Part shown: positions 39,760 through 47,316 of the stretch, piece by piece | How positions within the stretch are numbered: the first letter of the stretch is position 1 | Layout: every line of letters starts with the position of its first letter | IMG/VR virus record: IMGVR_UViG_3300030060_008394 | Span: 11,594-75,593 of that record | Reading direction: 5' to 3' (one strand) | Length of the DNA: 64,000 bases | Source: a virus | Made by a program: the position numbers and the translations under genes | Notes under the pieces: generated by a model | Databases searched by the model: none | What the model was told of the DNA's origin: nothing | Seen by the model: only the letters and a program-made list of their open reading frames with translations

Positions 39760-41301
39760 ACCGCAAGCGCTTACATTACCTGCTACAGTTAACTGTGTAC
39801 TAGTTTGACAAGCTATGCTATTAGTAAGTGTATTACTGTCAGACCATGAGGGTAAGAAGTTAGCAGTTCCGGAACCATCAACGTTACCAGAAGTCGTTAC
39901 AAAGATGTCTGCTAGGTCTCTCCCAGCGGAAACAATACCTCCATTAGTGGAGTTAGCACTAATAGAGCAAGCTTGAACTGTATTACAAGCGCTTATGTTA
40001 CCTGCTACAGTAAGCTTTTCATTTGGTGTTCTAGTTCCTATACCAACCTTATCAGTTCCGGCATCTGTGTATAACAAGCCATTATCTGTGGTTCCTTCTA
40101 CTCTAAAGTCTACATCCGCGCCAGCTTCATTAAAAGTAATTTCACTTGCAGTATCTTGAGTAATATCTATAAAATTAACACCACCGGCTTGGATATTAAT
40201 ATCATCTTCAGTAAAATAAATGAAAGTATCATCATCACCGTTATGAATAAGACATGCCCCAATACCAACACTACCAGCTACATCGAGCATATAATCCGGT
40301 CTATTTGTATTAATACCAAGCCTTCCCTCCAAGTAATTATAACCATTTTTACCTGAAGCGCTAAGATTACCATTAGAGCTTATGTTACCAGATACAGTAA
40401 GTGCTTCTTCGGGTAAAGCGTTATTATTAGAACCTATAAAGACTTTAGTACCATTACCAAATACTGCTCTATTACCGGTATCATAATCTAACAATAACAT
40501 TTGATTACCATCTGCAACTATTCTAAATGAATCCGCCGCGTGTGATTCAATCCAAGTTGCATGATCATTTTCAAAATATATTCTTTGATCTTCATCTAAA
40601 AATATATCACCTCTTGGATTAACGTTATAACCACTAAGATTACCAGCTGCACTTACATTACCTGATATAGTTGCATTACCAGCTGCACTTAGGTTACTAG
40701 TCGCACTTAAGCTACCATCTATAGTAAATTGCGAGCCAGCCTCTCGTGCTATACTATCAGTTAACTGTGTTGTTCCAGACCATTTTGTTATTCGGCCTGC
40801 TGTTCCAGTTCCACAAACACTACCAGAAGAAGCAGTAGTTGCAAATATATCTGCTAAATCACGACCACCAGATATAAAACCACCATATGATGTATTACAA
40901 ACAGCAACACGTAATGCGCTAAGATTATTTGTTGCGCTTACCTTACCTGATACTGTTAGCTTTTCATTTGGATCTTTAGTATTAATTCCTAAGTTTCCAG
41001 TATCAGCAAAGTATATTACACCACCCTCTTGATCAACAAATTCTGCAATTGGTTGACTAGCTCCCTTTTGTCTTACATATAACGCTGGTCCTGTACCATT
41101 ATTAATAACGGATAAAGCAGAGGTTGACGTTACAATAGTCTTCGTAAATATAGCAGATGATGCTTCAAACTCTGTTGCAGTTAATTTATCAAACGTCGCA
41201 TTAGTCCCGGTAAGTGCGTTCAAGTAAGCATTACCACCCACAGACAAATCCTGCGTGATAGTTGCACCATTCTTTACCTTAAAATCTTTATTTAGCGCCA
41301 T
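33043..41301 (-). CDS. Giant repeat-built tail fibre protein (2752 aa) with C-terminal chaperone/autocleavage-like domain
   Basis: Seven GRDLADIF modules, many VAGNISACGGLSAT..SYF.C.VGIG repeats; C-terminal V.VTGDIKIGDYITTSDKPGHG resembles the peptidase G2/IMC domain. Confidence 0.8.
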   Translation of the reverse strand: MALNKDFKVKNGATITQDLSVGGNAYLNALTGTNATFDKLTATEFEASSAIFTKTIVTSTSALSVINNGTGPALYVRQKGASQPIAEFVDQEGGVIYFADTGNLGINTKDPNEKLTVSGKVSATNNLSALRVAVCNTSYGGFISGGRDLADIFATTASSGSVCGTGTAGRITKWSGTTQLTDSIAREAGSQFTIDGSLSATSNLSAAGNATISGNVSAAGNLSGYNVNPRGDIFLDEDQRIYFENDHATWIESHAADSFRIVADGNQMLLLDYDTGNRAVFGNGTKVFIGSNNNALPEEALTVSGNISSNGNLSASGKNGYNYLEGRLGINTNRPDYMLDVAGSVGIGACLIHNGDDDTFIYFTEDDINIQAGGVNFIDITQDTASEITFNEAGADVDFRVEGTTDNGLLYTDAGTDKVGIGTRTPNEKLTVAGNISACNTVQACSISANSTNGGIVSAGRDLADIFVTTSGNVDGSGTANFLPSWSDSNTLTNSIACQTSTQLTVAGNVSACGGLSATEMNSYFGCNVGIGTNTPDYTLDVAGDIGVDQYIYHNGDPNTYINLTNDRLRFNIGGISYIDLNDAGAQPHDITFNDGGNNVDIIIKGTGANEGNPLFKTDANTNKVGINGISVPNEELTVSGNISATGTLSAERVAVCNSSYGGFISGGRDLADIFATSSGNIDGSGTANYLPVFSDSNTIENSIACQTSTQLTVAGNVSACGGLSATQMNSYFDCKVGIGTCRPAETLHVDGNILIPQGKALRGYYGGSLPFDIIGMDSTTDTHIYGANNNSSDIFFDTCSGGTLQTRMAILNSGCVGIGTTTPGQKLTVAGNVSACGGLSATQMPSYFACNVGINTNWPTSYLQVSALKTIDRDLVVICGGGASGNYDGLRVEAGNGTDLFRVNQLTYDVLMPSSGKVGIGNTAPGQKLTVSGNVSACGGLSATKGVGYFACKVGIGTCRPDQELTVAGNLKLTSTYPRIFLQDTNNDSDFSIINNDGSFGIYDDTNTTYRASITPAGNFGIGNTTPNEKLTVAGNISATGTLSAERVAVCNSSYGGFISGGRDLADIFETCASSVDGSGTANYIAQWSDTDTLTNSLLSGGTNTVTVAGNVSACGGATIVGGLTAGSEQDNTAPTLIKLLNGGSGSATGAKIEFPYSSCIHSRYTGGISLCERTGTELTVYNDSVCIKGTAPTVVFDTTGETTLRSTAAAGTDVNFCFPGDYNFCTFESGWKKSAVLTCSGNLSARGSILGTSISGTNVNASSTSRGFVSAGRDLADIFATSSGNVDGSGIACFLPVWSDTDTIGNSIVCQTSTQLTVAGNISACGGLSATQMNSYFDCKVGIGTCRPEAPLHVNAAGGTLSQFHRNGTQLVTIGGSSNQGQIRFQQGSDCISTGATTGGDYRIDTGGSVGAGDNMFYVCKGGNVGIGNTAPNEKLTVAGNVSACGGLSATKMNSYFACKVGIGISTPTADLHIKDASGDPTQILLEDADGGTQTAKIVFDQTAQNSLVLSTQYQSSTDLNLIQFAPADNVAMTIRGGTGSSDGNVGIGTAAPNEKLTVAGNISACGVLSAADAIRVPDSTCITLGNSQDLKLYHDGSNSYIRDESGTGDLIVSTNAYRLKSANNGETMMTAFEDGAVNLYHNNITRFRTDASGVDIVGGLSACNTRNGFVSAGRDLADIFATSSGNVDGTGTKFKIPQWNDTDTIGDSPLSAVNDGVSLDGNLTLGDGHFIGDDSFDNLTIISSSGENLVAAAANDIYLNTDASGGGTGTNRVRIDETGVGIGNITPNEKLTVAGNISACGGLSATQMPSYFACSVGIGNNRPGTFGSDGNSLVVGSGSGGQGITIFAEDNNNANLYFADATSGTGSYVGYVQYRHSENKMAFGVSAGRKMTIDGNGYVGIGENSPQYPLHICQSGAATLAIQSNGNDDEGSKLRLIEGSSNWLGGYVQYDGADNNLILGVHADNNTTLSDDNPVIIIPRDTGKVGIGTATPNEKLTVAGNISACGGLSATEMNSYFGCSVGVGVTTPNAQLHVSNSSSPTFRLSRTGTGQIWQQGIDSSGRFLLQEAASEGGTQYTRLEIDDAGDTCLAHNGGCVGIGTAGPEQKLTVAGNISACGGLSATKGVGYFACKVGIGTCRPETSLDIYSSVDQQTFCIQGANSSVTPTARIRTTSTGSVLLLETATTSDSRDILKAKNSSGTVLNLQADGKLGIGTEVPNETLTVAGNISACGVLSAADAIRVPDSTCITLGNSEDLKLYHDGSNSYINETGTGDLYICGGNDIIFKDAVGNLLANMNQSNSVELYYGGSKKFETTNTGSKTSGSICATNDLNVDGDASVRALTVTRGASVTRGVSASSTHNGFVSAGRDLADIFATSSGNVDGTGTACFLPVWSDTDTIGNSIACQSSTQLTVAGNISACGGLSATEMNSYFGCKVGIGTNRPAYNLHIQKYDTTGPTIELQNSEYSAWINAWGSGASAGRTSRMEINAGSTNFAVGATTIRFQTPNVGDSNEKMRIDATGCVGIGTCAPQSLLHVAGGDIRIDNNRRYQTETASGGVIDAVKMDSSDNLVIGDCNIKIDVSGTTPRMTIGTDSCACGFVGIGNDNTGCVLTPNERLTVGGGVSASGNGYFACVIAGGYFEEKAANATLACYPTGTLVVIGECGDLIQSTRENDKKVFGVTQNGVCQPIVLGAEPVLVTGDIKIGDYITTSDKPGHGRKTRNPIYGSVIAQSMEAGAGDSHLVKAMIRKM

Positions 41302-41336
41302 ATTTACGAGTTCACTTTCCCCCGTAAATATATTTA
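41300..41336 (-). promoter_or_regulatory. Hairpin covering the start codon of the 2752-aa fibre, overlapped by a TAAATA box
   Basis: Minus strand TAAATA-TATTTACGGGGGAAAGTGAACTCGTAAAT-ATG; ATATTTACG and CGTAAATAT form a perfect 9-bp inverted repeat. Confidence 0.6.
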
Positions 41337-41361
41337 TGTTGCTTTAATTCAATCGAATAAG

Positions 41362-42048
41362 TTAATAATGTGCAACACCATATATTGTTACATTACAATC
41401 AGCTGTAGTTGTTATATCTAGATTAATAAACTCCAACCCAACACTTACTGTGACATCTGATAAAAGTGATGTGGCTTGTGCGTCAACTATACCATATGTT
41501 GTACCATCAGCTGTACTTACACCGTCGTGTGTTACTAATATTTCGAAAGCTGTTCTAGAAGGTGTGTTGTTTGAAAGAGTTACTACATACTTAGCTGTTT
41601 TAAAGTCGCTCTTATTAAATGTTGCTATTGTATTTGCTCCTGTAGTAAGAGGGCCTGTAAATACACTAGTTTTTGTAAACACGATACCTCCAGCAGCATA
41701 TTCAATAATATCTCCTCTAACAATTAAATCACCGTCAATCTCATCATTATTAAAAGTAAACTCATCTCCTTCTTCTACAGAATCCCATGTTACCTTACCA
41801 TCACCTGTTGTTTTTAAAAATAACCCCTTTTCAATTCCTGTTGACTTTATATCAACACCCTCAACATTTACTTGTGAACTGGACAATATATTACCGCTCC
41901 AAGTACCAAAAAAATTATTTGCAGATACACTACCGGATAGTACACTTATATTACCAGCTACTGTAAGCCTCTCGTTAGGTATTATACCCAGACCAACGAT
42001 TCCCTCAAAATAACTTCTACCGTCATATGTTCTTATAGGCTTAGCCAT
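41362..42048 (-). CDS. Fibre-associated structural protein
   Basis: PNERLTVAGNIS repeat shared with the fibres; C-terminal AKYVV...FEILVTHDG...TTYG domain; ATG at 42048, TAAATA 6 nt upstream. Confidence 0.65.
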   Translation of the reverse strand: MAKPIRTYDGRSYFEGIVGLGIIPNERLTVAGNISVLSGSVSANNFFGTWSGNILSSSQVNVEGVDIKSTGIEKGLFLKTTGDGKVTWDSVEEGDEFTFNNDEIDGDLIVRGDIIEYAAGGIVFTKTSVFTGPLTTGANTIATFNKSDFKTAKYVVTLSNNTPSRTAFEILVTHDGVSTADGTTYGIVDAQATSLLSDVTVSVGLEFINLDITTTADCNVTIYGVAHY

Positions 42049-42057
42049 CAAACATAT

Positions 42058-42828
42058 TTAATCTACATATCCACGATATCTAATAAATGTAGCGCAGTTG
42101 TTAGCTTCATCAGCTAGAGGATCGTAACCAGTGGCTTGCCCGCGATCTCGGCTAGCCCAGTGGTATACATAAGATGCTTTATTGATATGTTTTACAGCAG
42201 AATAGTCACCATCTCTCCTCTTTAGAGCAGTGAGTAGAGGCATTGCTAATGCATGATCTGTACCCATTTTGAACCAGTTATTATCCCAATCTAAAAAATT
42301 TGCTATCGGAATTCTTTTTAGTGCCTTTACTTTAAACGTACACATATGACTGGTAATCCATTCTTCTTTATATGGATTCCAATCTTTTGATGGTATAGTT
42401 CTATCTACCGTAGAAGAAGGTCCTTTACCCTCTCCGGGTGCTGATTCACACGAACACCTAAAATTAGTATAAACATATTCAAGCTTTGAATCAGACTTAT
42501 ATGTTTCATTAATCTCTGATAATACATCTTTATTAGCTATCCAATCATCTGTATCTACAACACATATAATATCTTCTAGATCTTTATTAATAGAATTATC
42601 ATAGATATTTTTTAATCTATATTGTCTCTCTGTATTTTGTATAATTGTTAAGTAAGAAATATTTTTATTACTAATTTTATCAAGTAGATCTGGAGTACCA
42701 TCATCTGATATATCATCAATTAGAGTATGTGACTCAGGCTGTAAAGTTTGCCTTTGTACACTTTCAACACAATTAAAAATTGCTTTACTAGGATTTCTCC
42801 CAGTTGAAACTACATGTATTTTGCTCAT
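42058..42828 (-). CDS. GT2-family glycosyltransferase
   Basis: NCVESVQRQT, IDDISDDGT, VVDTDDW (DxD); start overlaps the queF stop (TAATG). Confidence 0.75.
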   Translation of the reverse strand: MSKIHVVSTGRNPSKAIFNCVESVQRQTLQPESHTLIDDISDDGTPDLLDKISNKNISYLTIIQNTERQYRLKNIYDNSINKDLEDIICVVDTDDWIANKDVLSEINETYKSDSKLEYVYTNFRCSCESAPGEGKGPSSTVDRTIPSKDWNPYKEEWITSHMCTFKVKALKRIPIANFLDWDNNWFKMGTDHALAMPLLTALKRRDGDYSAVKHINKASYVYHWASRDRGQATGYDPLADEANNCATFIRYRGYVD

Positions 42829-43763
42829 TATTGCTTCGGAGTCTTAACATGAGGTACATCAACTTGACTTAGAGTATGATGTAGAAGCCTTTCATGAGAT
42901 ACACGTTCAGGGTTAATATCAATACCACCTCTACGAGCATACAAGCAACGAACAGCTAGCTCATCTGGACCAATAGTATCCATTAGTCTTTTATAGATAG
43001 CTTCGCAAATTTCTTCATGAAAATGACATTCATCCCTAAAAGATACAATATACTGCAACAAAGAAATAGGATCTACAGTATTTTTACCTTTCATATAGAT
43101 ATAAACATCGCCCCAATCAGGCTGTGATGTTACCCTGCAGTTTGACTTTAGCAAAGCACTATGATAATAAACTTTTTCCGAAGGAGCATCTTCAATTTCT
43201 TTTAGAAGGTCAGGATCTTCAGCATAAACAGTAAATTCAATATCTTCAATAGGATACTCATCTTCAAGAGTTATATAACTAGGCGTACAATCTTCGCCAT
43301 GCATCCATTCTTTTTTAGCAGTAAAGATATTAGTATCAGATAATACATAAGCATTAGTATGTACTTTAACTTGAACCTTTGTCTCAAGTAGGTTACTTAG
43401 ATCTTGAGAAGCAATATCGCTAATATTTTTAAGAACTTCTTCAGTAGTCTCACCTAAACGAGTCATATTAAAGGAGTTAAAGTATAATTTAATAGACTTA
43501 GACTCAACAATATATTTACTACTGCAAGGGTAAACAATTTTAGCAACACCGACAACAGGAAGACCATTAACAGTCAAAGCAGAAATTTCATACGCATTCC
43601 AAGTATCGTTACCCAAAAAAGGTAAATTATCATCTTTAATACCAAGATGCGTTCTATTAGATTGACGAGGCTCTCTAACTAAAAGAGAGGCATCATACTT
43701 CGATTTATACTTAGACGTCTGTCCAAGATGCTTACTAATATTGCTGTTATCAAGTTTTACCAT
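42828..43763 (-). CDS. queF: NADPH-dependent 7-cyano-7-deazaguanine (preQ0) reductase, two-domain form
   Basis: WNAYEIS, IVESKSIKLYFNSFN, LLKSNCRVTSQPDWG (catalytic Cys), FHEEICE, YARRGGIDINP. Confidence 0.93.
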   Translation of the reverse strand: MVKLDNSNISKHLGQTSKYKSKYDASLLVREPRQSNRTHLGIKDDNLPFLGNDTWNAYEISALTVNGLPVVGVAKIVYPCSSKYIVESKSIKLYFNSFNMTRLGETTEEVLKNISDIASQDLSNLLETKVQVKVHTNAYVLSDTNIFTAKKEWMHGEDCTPSYITLEDEYPIEDIEFTVYAEDPDLLKEIEDAPSEKVYYHSALLKSNCRVTSQPDWGDVYIYMKGKNTVDPISLLQYIVSFRDECHFHEEICEAIYKRLMDTIGPDELAVRCLYARRGGIDINPERVSHERLLHHTLSQVDVPHVKTPKQ

Positions 43764-43764
43764 A

Positions 43765-44358
43765 TTAAATTTTAATTGCTATATTAAGTTTATCAAGAGT
43801 CGACTTAATAGTCTTTAACCTCTCTTTTACTGTACCTTCTAAATGCACTACACGAGGACCTTTTTCGATAATATTATATTGCATATACATATCAAAGAGA
43901 CCAATAATATCTTCACGAAAGATCTTATCAACACTTCTTTCCCCATCGTCTACTAGCTCAACATCCTCATGACTAGTATAAAAAATAACATCATATTTGT
44001 TTATAATCTTTTTATAGATAAGCTCACAAGCATCAAAAGTAGCTCTACCAATTTTTTTATTATCTAAAAGATAATGACTATAAACTATACCATCTAATGC
44101 GCATCGATCAAGTATTTGATGAACACCTCTTACAATATGATCAGCGCGATCTCTAAAAATATTTCTAACATGCTCAGTCATAATAAGCATTTGAGTCAGA
44201 TCGTCTCCGCTTTCGTTAATAGGCATATTATATTCCCTTTTAACTAACCTAGTAACCTCAGGAACAAACACAAACGGATAATCGCCATTTTCTTTATACA
44301 AATGCTTGAGTAGAGTAGTTTTACCCGTACATTGCGCGCCAGTAAACGAAAATATCAT
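43765..44358 (-). CDS. P-loop nucleotide kinase-like protein (AAA_28/NadR-type)
   Basis: FTGAQCTGKTT, PEVTR, LDRCALD, YDVIFY, DDGER. Confidence 0.7.
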   Translation of the reverse strand: MIFSFTGAQCTGKTTLLKHLYKENGDYPFVFVPEVTRLVKREYNMPINESGDDLTQMLIMTEHVRNIFRDRADHIVRGVHQILDRCALDGIVYSHYLLDNKKIGRATFDACELIYKKIINKYDVIFYTSHEDVELVDDGERSVDKIFREDIIGLFDMYMQYNIIEKGPRVVHLEGTVKERLKTIKSTLDKLNIAIKI

Positions 44359-44915
44359 ACCTTATTATATAAATGTTCCTTTAGAAAACTATCCCACGTT
44401 TTTAGAGAGGTAGCTCTTAGTGCATCAAACATTTCAAATAACGTTGTTATGTTAGCAGATGATACTTCAGATTCGGTAGCTATCTCTCCAGCATCCACCT
44501 CTTCGACAACTTTATGTACAACGCTGCCTACAGTATCGTACTTATGAATATTTTTCCATGCTTTATATTGTGGATTATGTCCTTTTAGCTCAGGGTATTT
44601 AGTTATAAGACCAGGATGGCCGTTGTAAATATTATATTTCGTGCATTTATCTGGAGGTATAATTCTCAACCACCCGTTTAAAGTAATTAAGGTATTTTCT
44701 GGATCATCAACAACCTCATCTAATATATCTAACGTTGTATATTCTTCACTCGTAGTTAACCATCGATATTCTACTCCATCAACATAATTCTCAATTAAAC
44801 CCGAGTTATTATTCGAAATAATAAGATCAGGTACTCTATCTACTCGTTTTGTTATATCAATAATTTCTCGACCCGTCTGAGAAAATAAGGCAATCCAATT
44901 TTTAAACTTCATCAT
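44355..44915 (-). CDS. PurN-like formyltransferase, candidate dPreQ1 formyltransferase (DpdN-like)
   Basis: GWLRII, IYNGHPGL, GSVVHKV.EEVDAGEI (N, H, D catalytic pattern); same operon as queF. Confidence 0.75.
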   Translation of the reverse strand: MMKFKNWIALFSQTGREIIDITKRVDRVPDLIISNNNSGLIENYVDGVEYRWLTTSEEYTTLDILDEVVDDPENTLITLNGWLRIIPPDKCTKYNIYNGHPGLITKYPELKGHNPQYKAWKNIHKYDTVGSVVHKVVEEVDAGEIATESEVSSANITTLFEMFDALRATSLKTWDSFLKEHLYNKV

Positions 44916-45295
44916 AGATATGATAATGCCGTCCAGTTAATAAGCAAGTGTATAGTATTGTCACACGCTACTAGGAGCCAGATAGATAACCATTGTGGTA
45001 CATCTTTATGGTAGCCGGTTTCTCTACAATCGTCCCACGCGTTTCTATATTTTTTAGGCTGGAGGACAATATTACGCGCATATACAACATATCTGGCTAG
45101 CCTAAATCTATCAATAAAGAAATGAGTTATACAAATTACTGAAAAAGCTGCTAATGATGGCTCCAGGATAAGAAATGGCAACGAATATGTAATCGCATGC
45201 GCTGCAGCTGCTTTACTACATTTCGTCTTATTGAGTGCCATCCAATCGCTCTGAAGGAGATAGTCACCAATTAAATGGAGTATCAGTTGGAGCAT
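44912..45295 (-). CDS. DUF3307-like membrane protein
   Basis: HLIGDYLLQSDWMA.NK, THFFIDR, DNTIH. Confidence 0.7.
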   Translation of the reverse strand: MLQLILHLIGDYLLQSDWMALNKTKCSKAAAAHAITYSLPFLILEPSLAAFSVICITHFFIDRFRLARYVVYARNIVLQPKKYRNAWDDCRETGYHKDVPQWLSIWLLVACDNTIHLLINWTALSYL

Positions 45296-45302
45296 TATTT
45301 AT

Positions 45303-45345
45303 ATTTTATATCCAAATCCCTATTTTTCAAGTGTTATAATAAATA
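45303..45345. promoter_or_regulatory. Divergent promoter pair: minus TTGAAA-N16-TAAAAT and plus TAAATA
   Basis: Minus -35 at 45325-45330, -10 at 45303-45308 (7 nt to ATG 45295); plus TAAATA 45340-45345, 5 nt to GTG 45351. Confidence 0.6.
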
Positions 45346-45350
45346 ATTTT

Positions 45351-45632
45351 GTGGAAGATTTTTTAAAACTGGTTACTGATGTGGGATTTCCTATAGCTGG
45401 CGCTATTGTATGTGGTACTTTTGTATTTATTATTCTAAAATTTATACTTAGTGAGATAACAGGTGCAGTAAAAGGGCTTGGCGGAATGATAAAATCATTA
45501 GAAAATAGAGTACAAACTATGAATAATGATATTGTTAAGATTGATACATTAGTTTCGTATGCCTTTAACAAGCATCCGAACTTAGATAGATTAGCAGCAA
45601 ACGAAGGGAAGGAGGATGCGAGAAAAGACTAA
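45351..45632 (+). CDS. Small membrane protein A (one TM plus coiled coil)
   Basis: VGFPIAGAIVCGTFVFIILKFIL followed by heptad-like LENRVQTMNNDIVKID. Confidence 0.7.
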   Translation: MEDFLKLVTDVGFPIAGAIVCGTFVFIILKFILSEITGAVKGLGGMIKSLENRVQTMNNDIVKIDTLVSYAFNKHPNLDRLAANEGKEDARKD

Positions 45633-45931
45633 TGGGTGATGAATTAGTACAGGCAATTAATGATTTTGGATTTCCTATTATAGCAGCTTTCGGTTTAGGA
45701 TATTTTGTGTATTATACTTGGAACTGGGTTGTAAAAGAAATAAAACCAGTATTAGATGAATCTACCGGTACATTAATAGGTCTTATCGATAGGATAAGAA
45801 TGTTAGATAACGATATGATCAGACTTAACACAAAAATACAGATGATTCTCCAAGAAAAGGAACAAAAGGAGCAAGAAGAGAGGAAAGAAAATAAAAAAAG
45901 AAATAAACGTATTTTGGATACTAAGCTCTAG
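45632..45931 (+). CDS. Small membrane protein B, paralogue of A
   Basis: FGFPIIAAFGLGYFVYY followed by LIDRIRMLDNDMIRLN; TAATG-coupled to A. Confidence 0.7.
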   Translation: MGDELVQAINDFGFPIIAAFGLGYFVYYTWNWVVKEIKPVLDESTGTLIGLIDRIRMLDNDMIRLNTKIQMILQEKEQKEQEERKENKKRNKRILDTKL

Positions 45932-45961
45932 CATTATATATTAATAGGGGTAAATATGGTT

Positions 45962-46432
45962 ATGAAGTATTTTTGGTTATTATTACTTTTCTGTAGTAGT
46001 GCCTTAGCTGACGAATTAAAGTTTAGGTTTAAATCGCCTTCTTTTAATGGTGTTGGCTATAGCGCGCATAAAATAAATCTAGAGAATATTTCAGCAGCTA
46101 GGAAAAAAATTATTAAGGATGAAATAAAATCTTTAGAAATTCAAGCAAACTTAGCTGCGCAGAGAACGCCTCTGAATGTCTTTATGACTAACTTACAGTC
46201 ACGAATATATTCAGAGCTTTCGAAGCAAGTAACAGAGCAGCTATTTGCCGACACAGGCTCCGATTCAGGGTCATTCGACTTAGATGGTAATACTATTTCA
46301 TGGTATAGATTAGCTGATCAAATTAACTTAACAGTTGCAGATACTGACGGTGATCTAACTACTATCTTAATTCCGATTGGATCGCTCCTCTTACCCGAGC
46401 CTTTGACTAATGAACAAACTTCTACTGAATAG
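45962..46432 (+). CDS. csgF: Curli assembly component CsgF-like
   Basis: Signal peptide, then ELKFRFKSPSFNG and F..NLQSRI..ELS; start moved to ATG 45962 (TAAATA 45951-45956, 5 nt upstream). Confidence 0.75.
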   Translation: MKYFWLLLLFCSSALADELKFRFKSPSFNGVGYSAHKINLENISAARKKIIKDEIKSLEIQANLAAQRTPLNVFMTNLQSRIYSELSKQVTEQLFADTGSDSGSFDLDGNTISWYRLADQINLTVADTDGDLTTILIPIGSLLLPEPLTNEQTSTE

Positions 46433-47297
46433 CCTTATAGGCATTACATTTCTCTTAAGTGGTTGTGCAAGTTTTCAAGATACTGGATCTAATAAACCGC
46501 CTACTGTTGCACCTACTCCTTTATTTGAAAGGCTAAGTAAAATTCCAGAATTAGATGGTGAGCCTATCTACGTAGGTGTTAATAGTTTTAAGGATCTAAC
46601 AGGTGCTAGAAAATCAGTAGATAATTATGCTAGTTTTTCCTCTGCAGTAACCCAAGGTGGAGAAGCCTGGTTAATCGAATCGTTATTAGACTCGAATGGG
46701 TGGTTTAAAGTTTTGGAAAGAGGTGAGCTAGATACGGTAATGAGAGAAAGAGCTCTAGTACAACAAACTAGAGAAGATTTTACAGATGATGATGACACGG
46801 GATTGAAACCTTTATTATTTGCCGGATTACTTATACATGGAGGAATTATTAGTTATGATACAAATGAGGTTTCCGGGGGTATTGGAGCTGCTTACTTAGG
46901 TATTGGAGCTCATGAACAACATAGGAAGGATGTTGTAACTGTTTCTTTAAGATTTGTAAGTACATTAACAAGTGAGATACTTTTATCTTCTACTGTATCA
47001 AAGACTATCTATTCAACAGCTGTAGGCTCAGATGTTTTTAAATTTGTAAATGATGCTCTAGATCCACTAGAAATTGAAATTGGTTTCGCGAAAAATGAAC
47101 TCGTATCAGTAGCAACTAGAGCAGCAATAGACTTAGCTATTATTGAGCTTATTGAAAAAGGCGAAAAGAAAAAAATGTGGAAATTTAAAAAACAACCTAA
47201 AAAAGAAAAACCATCACCAGATCCTCAGCCAAAAAAGGAAAAAACAACCACTAATTCAAAGAAAGATAAGTCTATATTAAGTGGAATAAAAAGGTAG
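46410..47297 (+). CDS. csgG: Curli secretion channel CsgG-like lipoprotein
   Basis: Lipobox LSGC, FKDLTG.RK, FS.AVTQG, WFKVLER..LD.VMRER.L, GGIISYD, DVVTVSLR. Confidence 0.9.
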   Translation: MNKLLLNSLIGITFLLSGCASFQDTGSNKPPTVAPTPLFERLSKIPELDGEPIYVGVNSFKDLTGARKSVDNYASFSSAVTQGGEAWLIESLLDSNGWFKVLERGELDTVMRERALVQQTREDFTDDDDTGLKPLLFAGLLIHGGIISYDTNEVSGGIGAAYLGIGAHEQHRKDVVTVSLRFVSTLTSEILLSSTVSKTIYSTAVGSDVFKFVNDALDPLEIEIGFAKNELVSVATRAAIDLAIIELIEKGEKKKMWKFKKQPKKEKPSPDPQPKKEKTTTNSKKDKSILSGIKR

Positions 47298-47316
47298 ATT
47301 TTACATAAATATTTTT

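Noticed and set aside
24027-41301. Numerous 60-134 aa plus-strand ORFs opposite the two fibre genes, and 41450-42013
   Set aside because: Antisense by-products of repetitive Gly/Thr/Ala/Val codons; they mirror the fibre repeats
44355-44915. Purine-biosynthesis auxiliary gene purN
   Set aside because: No other pur genes nearby, and it is in an operon with queF; kept as a generic formyltransferase with a DNA-modification hypothesis
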